A DNA stretch of 64,000 nucleotides from a virus. Taxonomy: Duplodnaviria; Caudoviricetes. The stretch lies in IMG/VR virus record IMGVR_UViG_3300023047_000002; one strand, written 5' to 3'. The notes under the pieces were generated by a model. That model was given only the letters and a program-made list of their open reading frames with translations. It did no database searches and had not been told where the DNA came from. The position numbers were made by a program, and so were the translations under genes. Positions 1 to 10,976 of the stretch are shown in pieces (position 1 is the stretch's first letter; the number at the start of each line of letters is the position of its first letter).

Positions 1-302
1 CCAACACCATGTGTGTAAATCGTTATCATTCCGTTAGATACAAACACATCAGGTTTCATCAGACATCTTGAGTCTGAAAAAAGTTTCTGAATAAGCTCCT
101 CGGTATAAATGTCTGCCATAACAACAGAATCATCCGAGCGATAATTCTCATAACGTTCAAGACAGTCACATAAACCGTAGAAGTCTAATACGGAAAGACA
201 CTCAAACAGCTTGATGATGTGAAACAAACACACATGCAAACTTGCATAAGAAAACATGCTGTAAACGGCACCGACAGTGACTTGTTTTTCCTTAGAACTC
301 AT
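1..302 (-). CDS. Hypothetical protein, runs off window (partial)
   Basis: ATG at 302 just after the stop of 305..1534; frame open to the window edge (MSSKEKQVTVGAVYS...). Confidence 0.6.
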   Translation of the reverse strand, partial: MSSKEKQVTVGAVYSMFSYASLHVCLFHIIKLFECLSVLDFYGLCDCLERYENYRSDDSVVMADIYTEELIQKLFSDSRCLMKPDVFVSNGMITIYTHGV

Positions 303-304
303 GC

Positions 305-1534
305 TTATATCTCAGGAATTTCAAAGATTGACAACGCAATTGTACCAATGTCTGCAACCAAATCACAAGAAACAACATCGCCATCAGACTCAATAACGCA
401 AGCTGCCGTCGAACGCACAGAAAAAGGAATAACACCAGTAGGCACATCTTCAAACGTACCAACATCAACAACATCCGTAGGAGAAACGGGAACCGTAATG
501 TCAACATGGATTCGTGATATGTCATCGTGAACTGGTATCTTAACAGCTTCATGGAGAATGTCGAACTCCTGACGTTCAGAAACAATCATCTCCTTGTGAT
601 ACTGCATAGAGTCGGTAATCACAAGTCCATCCTCACGAACACGCTGAACACCGGTTACAAGTCCTGCATGAACGTAATGCTGCCCTTCATTGATAAGCCC
701 TATACCTGAATGGTTAAGAGTCTCAACCCATGTTTTGTTCTTCGGTTGTGTACGTACATCACGCTCACGGAACAAATCTCCAAAAGTTTTCGAGCGAACA
801 GATAGACCCCCAAAAGACCATCCCATGTCATGTTGTGGCATGATTCCCTTTACGTTTGACAACCTAATAGCTTCGTGAAGAACGTAATCGAATACAAGGT
901 CACACTCATTCACAGCATCATCAGGAAAATCTGAAATGTACACACGGTCATTGTCCAGATGTTTTGTATACGGGTCTTTACAAAGCGGATCATTTGTAAT
1001 TATCGTATCGTACTGGAGAAGATCAGAGTCTTCGTGACCGTAAAACTGCGTGACAAAGAACAGAGAATATCCTGCTGGCAAAGCGTTACGGATAAGAGCG
1101 TTAGAGGATACCGGATACTTCGGGTCATAAACGGTATAAAAGTATCCGTCTTTACCAAAGACCGTTGGGTTCTGATAGTCCCTGTACACATTGAGATTCT
1201 TGTAAGAGTTCATCTCCTCCATTGTACGGTAACTGGCCTCAAGCTGTCCACCTGTACGAACAAGAGTCTGAACAGAACCGCTCGTAGAACGATTCCTGAT
1301 AATCCTTCTGTATAACTTGTAGAACTGAGGGGACGGAACCCATGTCTCTTCGAGTTCACCAACATCCATGCCGAGCATGTCCAATTTTGAACGGACAGTA
1401 TCTGCATCCATACCATAAAGCTGCAATGAATCAGTCAGTTCACGAGCATGGTCTTTTATGGACAGTCTAAACTCTTCAAGTAGAAACTCTATGATAGGCA
1501 GATGCTCTGCCAGGTATTCCGTCATTGCTCTCAT
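305..1534 (-). CDS. Probable baseplate/virion structural protein
   Basis: 409-aa ORF co-transcribed directly downstream of the gp6-like wedge gene; no diagnostic motif. Confidence 0.5.
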   Translation of the reverse strand: MRAMTEYLAEHLPIIEFLLEEFRLSIKDHARELTDSLQLYGMDADTVRSKLDMLGMDVGELEETWVPSPQFYKLYRRIIRNRSTSGSVQTLVRTGGQLEASYRTMEEMNSYKNLNVYRDYQNPTVFGKDGYFYTVYDPKYPVSSNALIRNALPAGYSLFFVTQFYGHEDSDLLQYDTIITNDPLCKDPYTKHLDNDRVYISDFPDDAVNECDLVFDYVLHEAIRLSNVKGIMPQHDMGWSFGGLSVRSKTFGDLFRERDVRTQPKNKTWVETLNHSGIGLINEGQHYVHAGLVTGVQRVREDGLVITDSMQYHKEMIVSERQEFDILHEAVKIPVHDDISRIHVDITVPVSPTDVVDVGTFEDVPTGVIPFSVRSTAACVIESDGDVVSCDLVADIGTIALSIFEIPEI

Positions 1535-1550
1535 AAATAAGCCACCGATT

Positions 1551-3254
1551 CTAAATGGAATATACCCACACAGTCACCTTCTGACAGAAAGGAATCAAGA
1601 AATGAGTGTCTTCATACTCCTGAGTTCCTTCCTCATATGTGTCTATCTCTTCTGAATCATAACCAAGTGTCCAATGGAGAACCGCATCGTTATAGTCAGA
1701 AAATCCGCTAACATGCTTAGGCATACAGTTCTTGACTTTGTATGCATAATCGCTTGTAAACCCGTTTAACGTCTTCTGCAGTTCCTGATTCTTTGCAGAA
1801 GGTTTATTCATCGACATTATACCCTGAAATTGAGAACCATGATACTTAAACAGCATAGCCTGGACATTCTCGATATATCCACTCACACCATGAACTGTCG
1901 ATAAAATAACCGACTGTGTTGGACCCTTGATTTCATCAGTTCCATTGTACAGATTCAATAAGGCACGCTCCGTAAGGGTTGAAATTTCATCCTCAGAAAC
2001 CTTTGCCAAATCCACATTAACCACAACAAGGATACCATAAGAATAATACCCGAAAGGAACCATCCATATCATGTCTGAGCGAGAAGATCGAGAAGCCAAA
2101 TCATGTTTAGCAAGTTCCCTAGATTTGTAAGGAAGCTCGCTAATCACGTACATACTTCGTTCAAACAAACCAAACACGCCATGATCATAATCCTGACTGT
2201 CGTATTCGTCCTGCTTGTCGTACACAAGAATACGACCACCATAACGATAGGATAAGTACAGTCGATAATCCTTCTTAGTAAGCAACGCTGTGAAATCACG
2301 TGTGTACAACGGGTAATTTCTTCGTACTGCATCAGCAGTTTCATATCCATAATAACCGCCTAGCTCATCAAGACCTGAAATCTCAACCAGATCCGAAGAA
2401 ATCACCGATGTTGTCAATGTAATCGGAAGTGGATGAGTAATGTTAGACACAGAGACAAAACGGAACGTAAACAGGACACGTGAAGACGTAATAAGATTCC
2501 TGTAATTCAAAGGAAACTCAATGTAAAGTCTCGTTGCCCCTGAAACAAAAGTCGGAACTAAAGAATAAACATTTCCCTGCAATCCCTTTGTAACAACATC
2601 AGAGACACACTCCCAGACTACCGTACCGCCAGTAGGTGTTGTACTTGTTAGTTCAACAAGCTCTCCGTCAATGTAAGGATCAGGCAGCTCAATGCGTGAA
2701 TACGCATCAATATCCGAATAACGGAATGTTACGGAACTTAGCTCGCCGCACACTAAATCAATACACTGCTCTGAAACAACCGTATTGCCGTAATAAGAAA
2801 CGACCTTTGTAAAATCTTTAACTGCAAACAAAGGCTTTGAAATACCAGGTGCGGTGAACCGGGTAAACCTTGGAAGGTCAACAGGAACAGGAACATGCTC
2901 CTGACCATCAACTATATCGCCACGTTCGTCACGCTCAGGAGTAGGCTGTATAAAAGCACGTACACGACTACCACGAGGTAGAACCATACTGTATCCCTCA
3001 CGAAGTGCATACGAATAAATACTAGACTGAAGTGTTGCCGTTGCCATATCGCATTCACGACGCCACGAATCTATGTAGTAATGCAGATGATCACCAGCCA
3101 AAGCAATGGCTTCGATGACGGCTATCAACGGATCTGCTATGTTATTAGGATTCCAATCAACAGGCACACGCTGACGAACCATCTCAATAAGTTCGCGGCG
3201 CAAAGTTGTGTAATCTCTACCCTTTAATCTGCTTGCCATAATAAGAGCCCACAC
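1551..3254 (-). CDS. Baseplate wedge subunit (T4 gp6/baseplate-J-like)
   Basis: N-terminal RDYTTLRRELIE...W...D...IEAIALAGDHLHYYID and ET.DAVRR...LLTKKDY motifs typical of wedge proteins. Confidence 0.75.
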   Translation of the reverse strand: MWALIMASRLKGRDYTTLRRELIEMVRQRVPVDWNPNNIADPLIAVIEAIALAGDHLHYYIDSWRRECDMATATLQSSIYSYALREGYSMVLPRGSRVRAFIQPTPERDERGDIVDGQEHVPVPVDLPRFTRFTAPGISKPLFAVKDFTKVVSYYGNTVVSEQCIDLVCGELSSVTFRYSDIDAYSRIELPDPYIDGELVELTSTTPTGGTVVWECVSDVVTKGLQGNVYSLVPTFVSGATRLYIEFPLNYRNLITSSRVLFTFRFVSVSNITHPLPITLTTSVISSDLVEISGLDELGGYYGYETADAVRRNYPLYTRDFTALLTKKDYRLYLSYRYGGRILVYDKQDEYDSQDYDHGVFGLFERSMYVISELPYKSRELAKHDLASRSSRSDMIWMVPFGYYSYGILVVVNVDLAKVSEDEISTLTERALLNLYNGTDEIKGPTQSVILSTVHGVSGYIENVQAMLFKYHGSQFQGIMSMNKPSAKNQELQKTLNGFTSDYAYKVKNCMPKHVSGFSDYNDAVLHWTLGYDSEEIDTYEEGTQEYEDTHFLIPFCQKVTVWVYSI

Positions 3255-4646
3255 TTAAAGAACGTGATGTTCGATTTCCATAACAATGTCACCATTCTTA
3301 TCTACTGACACATCGCTGTTTTCGAAATCGAAGAGAGAAAATAAGGCATCATCCACTTTATCTGATAAACTTGAAGCCGAGGATTCACACAACTTACGAC
3401 GATACTTCTCTTCAAACGGATGCTTAAGAGCTGAGAATGAAACACGCCCCTCTTCGGGCTGATTCAGACATCGTCCATAATATGAAACACTATCCATATC
3501 GGTTATAGCAAACATGGACTCAAAGGATTCAGGATAAATACGAACGTACTGTTCAGAAATACCGTTTCGTTCAATAATGTGGCTGATACGTCTGAATAAG
3601 CTCTGTGCACCGGAAGAAACAACACCGTTTAAAAGGTCATCCAAGTCACCATAATTCGCTGTGACACCGAATAACGAACAATCAACAACATAGTTATAAC
3701 CTATGAACTGACTCATGTCTGTACGGTCATTCTCAGTAAGAACGAAACGGTCCCATCCCCAATACTCATTCACGGCGTACAAAAATAAATCACCATTCAC
3801 AATAGCGTCCTCCATATCACGAACATATCTGTTAGTGAGTTTGAACTGTGAACGACGGGTCACTTTGAACTTAGCCTTAACATCTCCATCTCTGAAACCG
3901 AACATGTATGACGCACCTGACATGTCAACAACAGCTTGATTTGCGGACTTTGAACTGACGAAAGACACTTCAATCGCCTGATTGGCAAGACACCTTACAT
4001 AAAGATAACCATCCGCTTTCTTATATGCTTTTCTAGACATCTCTTCTGACGATCCGTACTGCGTTATCTTAAAACCTTCTACATTATCACGACTGCTGTT
4101 TACCAAGTCAGCGGCTTCGAAAAATTTAGGACCGTGACCAGCACTTCCCTTACCTAGCTTGCAGTCCTTTGAATACAAGATAAGGTCACTCTTACAAAGC
4201 ACCTCAATCTGATAGGCATGACACATCTCATGCAATAGAGTCCCTTCCAGGAAAAAACGGTTTGTCCATTTACCATCAGTTATATGGATTTCCTCTACAT
4301 GAACGCTTTGTGGATGTTCACTGTAATACTGCTCCAAAGCACCCTTAATGGAGTTCACATCATCCATAATTTTCTTGTCCATCAGCTGTTTCAGAACAAA
4401 TTCTCTTGCGTCTTCTGCTGTTGCTCCACTTGTCCGAGTGACGCACTTTCCCAAGACACTCTTGGCCACGCGACCGATTTTAACTGGAACGTCAGGAATC
4501 TTACCGCCGAAAAACCGAGTATTATACTCTGAAAACCTACGCTTCAAAAACTCCGTAGTAAACCATGAAGACGCATCCGTGTCTGTAACACCATCATACA
4601 CGGAATCGTCACTTTCATACCTGTAATGCTTTTCAAATCGTATCAT
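3255..4646 (-). CDS. SprT-like zinc metalloprotease domain protein
   Basis: YNTRFFGG...TLLHEMCH...GHGPKF SprT signature. Confidence 0.75.
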   Translation of the reverse strand: MIRFEKHYRYESDDSVYDGVTDTDASSWFTTEFLKRRFSEYNTRFFGGKIPDVPVKIGRVAKSVLGKCVTRTSGATAEDAREFVLKQLMDKKIMDDVNSIKGALEQYYSEHPQSVHVEEIHITDGKWTNRFFLEGTLLHEMCHAYQIEVLCKSDLILYSKDCKLGKGSAGHGPKFFEAADLVNSSRDNVEGFKITQYGSSEEMSRKAYKKADGYLYVRCLANQAIEVSFVSSKSANQAVVDMSGASYMFGFRDGDVKAKFKVTRRSQFKLTNRYVRDMEDAIVNGDLFLYAVNEYWGWDRFVLTENDRTDMSQFIGYNYVVDCSLFGVTANYGDLDDLLNGVVSSGAQSLFRRISHIIERNGISEQYVRIYPESFESMFAITDMDSVSYYGRCLNQPEEGRVSFSALKHPFEEKYRRKLCESSASSLSDKVDDALFSLFDFENSDVSVDKNGDIVMEIEHHVL

Positions 4647-4715
4647 CGCAACCCACCAATGGCAAAAGTCAGCATGACCATGTTAAACACTCTATTTTAG
4701 ATTGTCAGGTATATG

Positions 4716-4756
4716 TGGTGCTGTAACGGGAAGACGAAGTGAACTTATGATAAAGA
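4716..4756 (+). promoter_or_regulatory. Phage promoter TGGTGCTG-N24-TGaTAAAGA
   Basis: Member of the 13-copy bipartite motif family. Confidence 0.6.
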
Positions 4757-4827
4757 CACCGTAAGCAACGGATGGCTAACAACACTAAGAGGACTTGAGA
4801 GACATCTAAAACATAAAGGTAATTGAC

Positions 4828-6048
4828 ATGAAGAACAACGAAAAAACATTGATGACGTTTAAGACAACAGACATGATGCATGTTGCCGAACAAATATCCT
4901 TTGCTGAAGAAAAGAAGACAACCATCTACTTCATAAACGATGCAATTATTGAGGGAAAACCCGTCAAGTACGGTCTCGAAACAAAAACCATCTACAGATA
5001 CCTCAGAAAAAACGAAGCCCAAAAATTAGACAAAGACCTATGTTTTAGCATTAAAGCAGAAGACTTTATGTCGTTTTTTTCAGACACAAAAGATGCTTTC
5101 AGTGTATCCATAAGACACAAAGCACAAAACACTTACATGACAATGGAAAAAGAGTCCGGTGAAGTGCTGAGAAAAACACCGATTGTGTTAATAAACGACA
5201 CATACGAAATATCAGAAGCCTATGACATCATGTACGGTGAGAATAAAACCGTAGCAAGATCCCTTATGTTCAATAACAGTGTGAAACAACGTATCATCGA
5301 TACGATGAAACTAGCCCCAAAAGCATCCAGAGCAGACTCAGCCTCAGAAGCAGAAATCATTTACTGCCCATCAACAGGGTTCCTCCTGTGGACAAACAAT
5401 CACGTATGCGTGACTTCACAGAAAAAAGAACACGAATCAGGAAAAGACCTCTTCTCCGGAGATCTGTACGTCATACCGGCACGATGCCTTGAACACGTAT
5501 TGTCACATGAAGCATCCATGATAAACTTCACAAGAGAGAACGTATCGTCAATCAACTGCCTGTACACAGTAGGTGATGGATGGTTCGAGTTTGGCAAATT
5601 TTACGAAGACGCTATGAAAACGAACTACGCAAAGTGCTTTACAGAATGGGATAAGACACAAACCAACAAACTCACCCTAGACAGTAAAAGCAAAGCGAAA
5701 TTCCTGTCTTTCCTGAAATGCGTAAAAGAAACCTACACAAAAGGCTCAAACACAATAAAGCCCGTTCATTTCAGCATTGGAAACAGTCTGAAAGTGAGAG
5801 GCGGACAATCAAAGACGATTGAAGAATCCATAGAAACATCGAATACAGAACTCCTGAATAAGGAGGATACAGAATCAAAAGCAGACGCCTTTGATGAAAA
5901 ATACCTGACCAAAATCATCAAAGCACTCACGTCAAAAATTTCTCTGGAATTCCCAGAGAAAGGAATGTACGAACCTATGACATTCCGATCTGACAAACAG
6001 ACCAATGGATACACAACAATTTACCGTTTGTCACCTCTTCAAATCTAA
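4828..6048 (+). CDS. Divergent beta sliding-clamp (DnaN)-like protein
   Basis: 406 aa; WTNNH (cf. ATDGH), YVIPARCL (cf. VIIPxKAL), AFDEKYLTKIIKAL...ISLEF...PM...YRLSPLQI (cf. GFNxxYLxDAL...YLIMPVRL). Confidence 0.55.
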   Translation: MKNNEKTLMTFKTTDMMHVAEQISFAEEKKTTIYFINDAIIEGKPVKYGLETKTIYRYLRKNEAQKLDKDLCFSIKAEDFMSFFSDTKDAFSVSIRHKAQNTYMTMEKESGEVLRKTPIVLINDTYEISEAYDIMYGENKTVARSLMFNNSVKQRIIDTMKLAPKASRADSASEAEIIYCPSTGFLLWTNNHVCVTSQKKEHESGKDLFSGDLYVIPARCLEHVLSHEASMINFTRENVSSINCLYTVGDGWFEFGKFYEDAMKTNYAKCFTEWDKTQTNKLTLDSKSKAKFLSFLKCVKETYTKGSNTIKPVHFSIGNSLKVRGGQSKTIEESIETSNTELLNKEDTESKADAFDEKYLTKIIKALTSKISLEFPEKGMYEPMTFRSDKQTNGYTTIYRLSPLQI

Positions 6049-6067
6049 GCCAATAGGCACAGGCATC

Positions 6068-6478
6068 ATGGTTGTCAAAAATATACGATACCTCGCATAC
6101 GAGATCGACAAATGGCTCGAACAAAACTTCTGGTACGTGACCTCTGTGTACTCGTCACGAAACAGAAGGTTCGAGCTGTTTTGTGGCATGTTCGGTAGGA
6201 AATGCGATATACCTGTGTACATACTGATTGAACATGCTATGGACACATGGAGAAATAGCCGCCTGACATTACGTATTGTCCTTGTGGGTCATGACAAGAA
6301 CACAGAATATGAGCTATGCCTCTATGAAAAAGAATTTGGTATCGGAGACTGCGTTGAAAATTACGTACTCGAAAGTGTGTTGAAACTGCTAAGCATCATT
6401 CGTGACAACCCATATGATACCGAACGTACAACAAAAGAGAAAGACATCTCAGTCTTATTGGAGGACGTGTGTAAATGA
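6068..6478 (+). CDS. Hypothetical protein
   Basis: ORF track 6005..6478, likely ATG at 6068; tightly packed operon. Confidence 0.55.
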   Translation: MVVKNIRYLAYEIDKWLEQNFWYVTSVYSSRNRRFELFCGMFGRKCDIPVYILIEHAMDTWRNSRLTLRIVLVGHDKNTEYELCLYEKEFGIGDCVENYVLESVLKLLSIIRDNPYDTERTTKEKDISVLLEDVCK

Positions 6479-7116
6479 ACGACATCAAAACACAAATACC
6501 TTACCCAAGACTGTATCTCGGAGACGCCGTAAGAGGATTTCTCACTGTACTAAGAGAGAAACACCCGGAACTCATAAACAAAGTGAACAACATAGGACTT
6601 CGTGTGGAAACAGATAACGAAAATGATGATGAAACCTATGAAGACACAAAAGACCAAACTTACTGTGAAACAACCCTAAATGAGCTACAAAACATCATCA
6701 GCAGATATGATGACATTGATTTTGAACTGCGTTACCCAGTCATATTCAACTTATCGTTTATCGACAACGCAGACACAGCAGTACAGGTACAAACAAAGAT
6801 GCTTAAATTCCTTGAGGATACACACCACAAAGTCATTGTCCTGTCTTCGCAGGACATCAGAATGAGTACGTTCCTGTCGAGATTTCCTTACATTAAAAAA
6901 CATCCACGTGCTTTAAAACTTGGCAGTGCAGACCCACAAGAAGTGCGAAAAGAATTGGCAGAAGAAACTGTCGGTATGATGAAGAACTCTGACGCATACA
7001 GGACAGAAGTTTTGAAACATTCATGGAACTTGTGCAGGGTCAACACGTTATGCAATCGTGCAGATATGGGGACAGGGATGACCGACAGAATTGCGTACAT
7101 TCTTGAACATAAATAG
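6475..7116 (+). CDS. Clamp-loader delta-prime (HolB)-like subunit
   Basis: MLKFLED...VIVLSS...STFLSRF resembles LLKTLEEP...TIxSRC; no Walker A. Confidence 0.5.
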   Translation: MNDIKTQIPYPRLYLGDAVRGFLTVLREKHPELINKVNNIGLRVETDNENDDETYEDTKDQTYCETTLNELQNIISRYDDIDFELRYPVIFNLSFIDNADTAVQVQTKMLKFLEDTHHKVIVLSSQDIRMSTFLSRFPYIKKHPRALKLGSADPQEVRKELAEETVGMMKNSDAYRTEVLKHSWNLCRVNTLCNRADMGTGMTDRIAYILEHK

Positions 7117-7127
7117 GAGAACCATCG

Positions 7128-8056
7128 TGGGTCTTAAAATACGCCTTTACAAGCAGGACACAGAATTACTTAAACGAATAACCCAACAAAGACTTCTCAG
7201 TGACAAACTTAAAACATTGTCGAAAGAACGGTCTGTAACCTCTCAACAAAGACGTATAGAGCTGATTCAGAAAGCAAGCACAAGAACAAGAACTCGCGGA
7301 CTTCTTGATGAAACTTCCCTGGTCCGTAGAATCGTGGTTGCTCCGAAATCTCAATGGAATTTCTTCAACTTGCTGTACCCAAACTTTATCCTGACAGATG
7401 ACATAAAAAAGTACCGCCCATCTTTCAGCGGAATCATCTACACAGGAATCGTTACAGAGACAGTGATTGAAAGACTTGAGTTCATAAAAAATTACATTGT
7501 ACTCACTGAAATGTTCGACATTGAAGACAAAGAAAACTTCGTTCTGAAAAGTCATATGGGTGAAGAGAAAGTCGTTAAATTCTTCAAAATAAGAGATTAC
7601 ATCACGTGGTTCTACCCAAAAGAAAATGAAAAGAAACGAAGCAGAATCGGATACTTCCAAAAAGAGTTCTCAGAACGGATGCCTGAATTTCTTAATCTAA
7701 TGCTGAAAAGTCTTTTGCTCAAAAAAGGGCTGCCTACAAAGAAACAGATGAAAGACGTTAGTGTTTACCCACTATTCGTAAGAATCGGAGACCGTGACAC
7801 AGAAGAATTCACAAAAACACTGTTTGAGGTGATGGACTCCATGGAAGCATGGAAAGTAGAGTCATCAATAATGACATTTCTAGGACGTGTTATGGACGGA
7901 GACGTTATGGGAAATTCAGGTGGATACGGGAAGCTCGTCAGACAAGCACAAACAACGTATGGTCACAGAGTAAAGAAAGCAGTTCTCAAATACGTACAAT
8001 CAAAACAAGATGTCTTCTGGAAGCTATTGGAGCTTCACCGGTCACTGACAGAGTAG
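7128..8056 (+). CDS. Hypothetical protein, possibly clamp-loader delta-like
   Basis: GGAG RBS then GTG at 7128; the function guess rests only on size and position after the HolB-like gene. Confidence 0.4.
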
Positions 8057-8063
8057 AAATCTT

Positions 8064-8423
8064 ATGCTGCGTACATTCTCTGAAAAATACAACAACAGAA
8101 ACTTTGTATGGGATACAGGTTCTGATGCCGTCCGTGAATACCTTGCGTATATATTGAACACACCAAAAGGTACAAGACCCTACTACCCGAATTTCGGAAG
8201 CAACCTGCACAAATTCAAATATGCACCGTTAAATCAGGTCACACTTCGAGAAATCCATGCTGAAATACGTAACTGCATTAACGCCATAGACGGCATGATT
8301 TTGCAAACGAGCGAATACACGGTTGACGTAAAGTCTCGCTCCATCTACTTCAAGTTTTACATGCTTGTTGATAAAGACATGATGACGGTATCGCTTCAAT
8401 ATGCAGGTGGTGTTGCTTCGTAA
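8064..8423 (+). CDS. Baseplate wedge protein, gp25/GPW family
   Basis: ILNTPKGTRPYYPNFGSNL motif; 119 aa. Confidence 0.85.
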   Translation: MLRTFSEKYNNRNFVWDTGSDAVREYLAYILNTPKGTRPYYPNFGSNLHKFKYAPLNQVTLREIHAEIRNCINAIDGMILQTSEYTVDVKSRSIYFKFYMLVDKDMMTVSLQYAGGVAS

Positions 8424-8432
8424 ACATCATCA

Positions 8433-8530
8433 CTAGAGAAGCGAAATTTGACTTGTACGAAAAAGTTACTGTATCACCCTAGTAAGTACACCTCTGAAAC
8501 AAAAAATCGCGTAGAGAGCAAATTAAGCCC
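8433..8530 (-). repeat. ~100-bp dispersed element, copy A (strong-gyrase-site-like)
   Basis: Reverse complement CGCGATTTTTT...TACTTACTAGGGT...GTAACTTTTT.GTACA...CAAAT matches 28508-28627. Confidence 0.6.
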
Positions 8531-8591
8531 AACTTCTGAACAAGTTTCCTATTTGGTACTGACAACAAACCAAACAAACAATGAAAGATTT

Positions 8592-9227
8592 TTACGGACG
8601 AAGGTAATCATAAACTTTATAAATAGCATCAAGTACAGCCGTCTTATAAAGTTCGTAGTACAAATCTTTACCAACACGACCACGTGAATCATCACAAATG
8701 TCATCATAGGACGGCATGAGGTTATGCCTGACGTAATTACACATAATCCTCTTTTCAAACTCGGCATTCAGCTTTGAGTTTTCATCCACAGGTTCCCACT
8801 CGAAGTCGTCAAACATGGCAGCACAATGACCATGAAACTTGTTATAAGACTTAATTGCCAGATGCCTCAACTCTGTGTAAGAAAGTTCTTTTGGCGGTCG
8901 AATGCGGTTAATTCGTTCCATAACGGCATCTACTGTCTTCGCAACCTTTGTACCAACTGCCTTTTTTGCAGATCCCCTCCGTCTTTGTGCTTTCTCGAAA
9001 GCCTCTTTAAATTCACAGGTGTTTGACGCTCTTTCAACATCTTCAACATCATAAAGAGCCATCGGTGCGGCACATCTGTAATGAGGATTCTCTACCGTCT
9101 TTGCAGGAACGAGAAAACGCTTAATCAACGTATCTGTCCACCCATCTTTACGCAAAGTCACACGCGTTACATACTTCTTTTTTTGTTCAGTTACTTCTAT
9201 TTCATTGGATGTTAGACGATTCATCAC
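8592..9227 (-). CDS. Hypothetical protein
   Basis: 211-aa ORF with GGAG RBS. Confidence 0.7.
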   Translation of the reverse strand: MMNRLTSNEIEVTEQKKKYVTRVTLRKDGWTDTLIKRFLVPAKTVENPHYRCAAPMALYDVEDVERASNTCEFKEAFEKAQRRRGSAKKAVGTKVAKTVDAVMERINRIRPPKELSYTELRHLAIKSYNKFHGHCAAMFDDFEWEPVDENSKLNAEFEKRIMCNYVRHNLMPSYDDICDDSRGRVGKDLYYELYKTAVLDAIYKVYDYLRP

Positions 9228-9244
9228 AGTTCTCCATATTTAAT

Positions 9245-10963
9245 TCACAGGAACAAAAACCATCGGGTCAGACCGCACCGAAACACCCTATAATACCCCA
9301 AGGAACTTAAAAGAAAAGACTCAAGAGACTGTCCATTCGACGGATCATATCTTTCGACAATTTCAGGATTGTCTTTCAACAGAGTATCCATTGGAACATG
9401 TCCCATAGGAAAGTACCGCCTAACGGTCGGCTTGTACCAATAATAATTCTTTATAGTCTCGCCATCACGAATGAATCCAAGCTCTTTAAGACACTCCTCT
9501 GATTCAAAATCATTATCTGTGTGTGAAATCACATGTTTCGGAGAGTATTCAGAACAGAATGCGGAAAACAGTGCAGACGCACCACCATCAATACGATGTC
9601 TTGGAAGCGTGGCGAAACGGGAAAGAATCCAATGCTCAGTATCTTTGTCAGGAATAAATGACATGACGCTGAGAAGAACGCCTCCACGCTGCCTAAGACC
9701 GTAATACACAGAACCATGACCTTCCTGCTGTAAGTCTCCGGTCATGTAATTCTTCTCAACAAACGTGTGCCCCTCATCTGTACTCAATTTCTCAAGAGTC
9801 AGTTCAGAAACACCAAAGTGGTACAAAGAATCTGAAAACACATCCATGAGCATGTTTTTGGTACGTTCCTCATTGAACCACCAATCCACGTCATACAAGG
9901 AAATCAGACGTATACCCTGCTCTGCACACAAAGAGAACTTCTTGTAGTGATGCGTGTCGGAAACAGGAGAGCGTAGGTTTCCTTCTGAAGCGTGCCAGTA
10001 AGTTCCGTTGACTTCAACAGCAGTCTTTTTCTCTGGGCAGTAAATGTCAAGTTCCAGTTTGTATGTCGTCTCATATACAGTACTCTTTAAAGAAATAACA
10101 GATCTGTCATTGCGAAGTACATGGGTTCCAGAACATAACTTACCGATAAAGCTGAAAATGGAATCCTCCATTGGCGAGACAACTTTAGGAACACAGTCAG
10201 GGCAGTAGATACCTCCACTCCTGAACTCATGGTTTTCCATGTGGTACACCGTTGAAACCTGACGTTCGACAGGATTCCCACAGACTGAGCAAATGAAGAC
10301 GGCACGGTCATTGGTTGACAATTCACGCTTTCTTGCTCGTTCGCGATCAGCCTCATAATAGAGAGATGCGATAAATTCTTCAGAATAAGCCTTCCGGTTG
10401 CGTGCAAAGTTCTGTCTTGCCCTGTCAGAGACATCTGCGGACAAACATCTAGGACACAAATTCCTGTACTGCACGGAGTAATCAGACTTCCATCTCAAGT
10501 TAAAAACACAGGAATACACCTCACCACAGAACTCACATACAAAATCTGCCTCGTGGTGTCTTAAAAGGGTGCCATCCAGTAAAGCTCTCCGAGACCCCTC
10601 TGTAAGAGATGTCAAAACAGCGTCAGGAATATCGGAAACACGATCAGATTTCAGCCTATCGCTGACATTTTTATGCATGACTTTCAAATGTTCAGTTTCC
10701 CATTTTGCGTAACACTCCTTGCACAGGCAAGGACGGACAGGTTCTCCGGTTTTCTTTGAGACGACATTGTAAACATTGCGCTCAAGAACGTTGTCGCAGT
10801 ACTGACAACGGATTTTAACTTTGTGTTTGGACGACAAACGATTACTCTCAGCCAATTTCTTGTCCTGATCATCAACAAGACGGTCAACAAACCACTTCGG
10901 ATAAGAAGTTCCTTTACGTGCCCATTTAGTTTCCATAAAATACTCCATGTAAAAGATAGCCAC
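9245..10963 (-). CDS. Free-standing homing-endonuclease-like protein (Zn-ribbon repeats + PD-(D/E)xK nuclease + GNAT-like C-terminus)
   Basis: Repeated CxxC...CxxC; ELDIY...AVEVNGTYWH...HHYKK...GIRLI; LSRFAT...GGASALF. Confidence 0.7.
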   Translation of the reverse strand: MAIFYMEYFMETKWARKGTSYPKWFVDRLVDDQDKKLAESNRLSSKHKVKIRCQYCDNVLERNVYNVVSKKTGEPVRPCLCKECYAKWETEHLKVMHKNVSDRLKSDRVSDIPDAVLTSLTEGSRRALLDGTLLRHHEADFVCEFCGEVYSCVFNLRWKSDYSVQYRNLCPRCLSADVSDRARQNFARNRKAYSEEFIASLYYEADRERARKRELSTNDRAVFICSVCGNPVERQVSTVYHMENHEFRSGGIYCPDCVPKVVSPMEDSIFSFIGKLCSGTHVLRNDRSVISLKSTVYETTYKLELDIYCPEKKTAVEVNGTYWHASEGNLRSPVSDTHHYKKFSLCAEQGIRLISLYDVDWWFNEERTKNMLMDVFSDSLYHFGVSELTLEKLSTDEGHTFVEKNYMTGDLQQEGHGSVYYGLRQRGGVLLSVMSFIPDKDTEHWILSRFATLPRHRIDGGASALFSAFCSEYSPKHVISHTDNDFESEECLKELGFIRDGETIKNYYWYKPTVRRYFPMGHVPMDTLLKDNPEIVERYDPSNGQSLESFLLSSLGYYRVFRCGLTRWFLFL

Positions 10964-10976
10964 ACCAGGTATCTAT

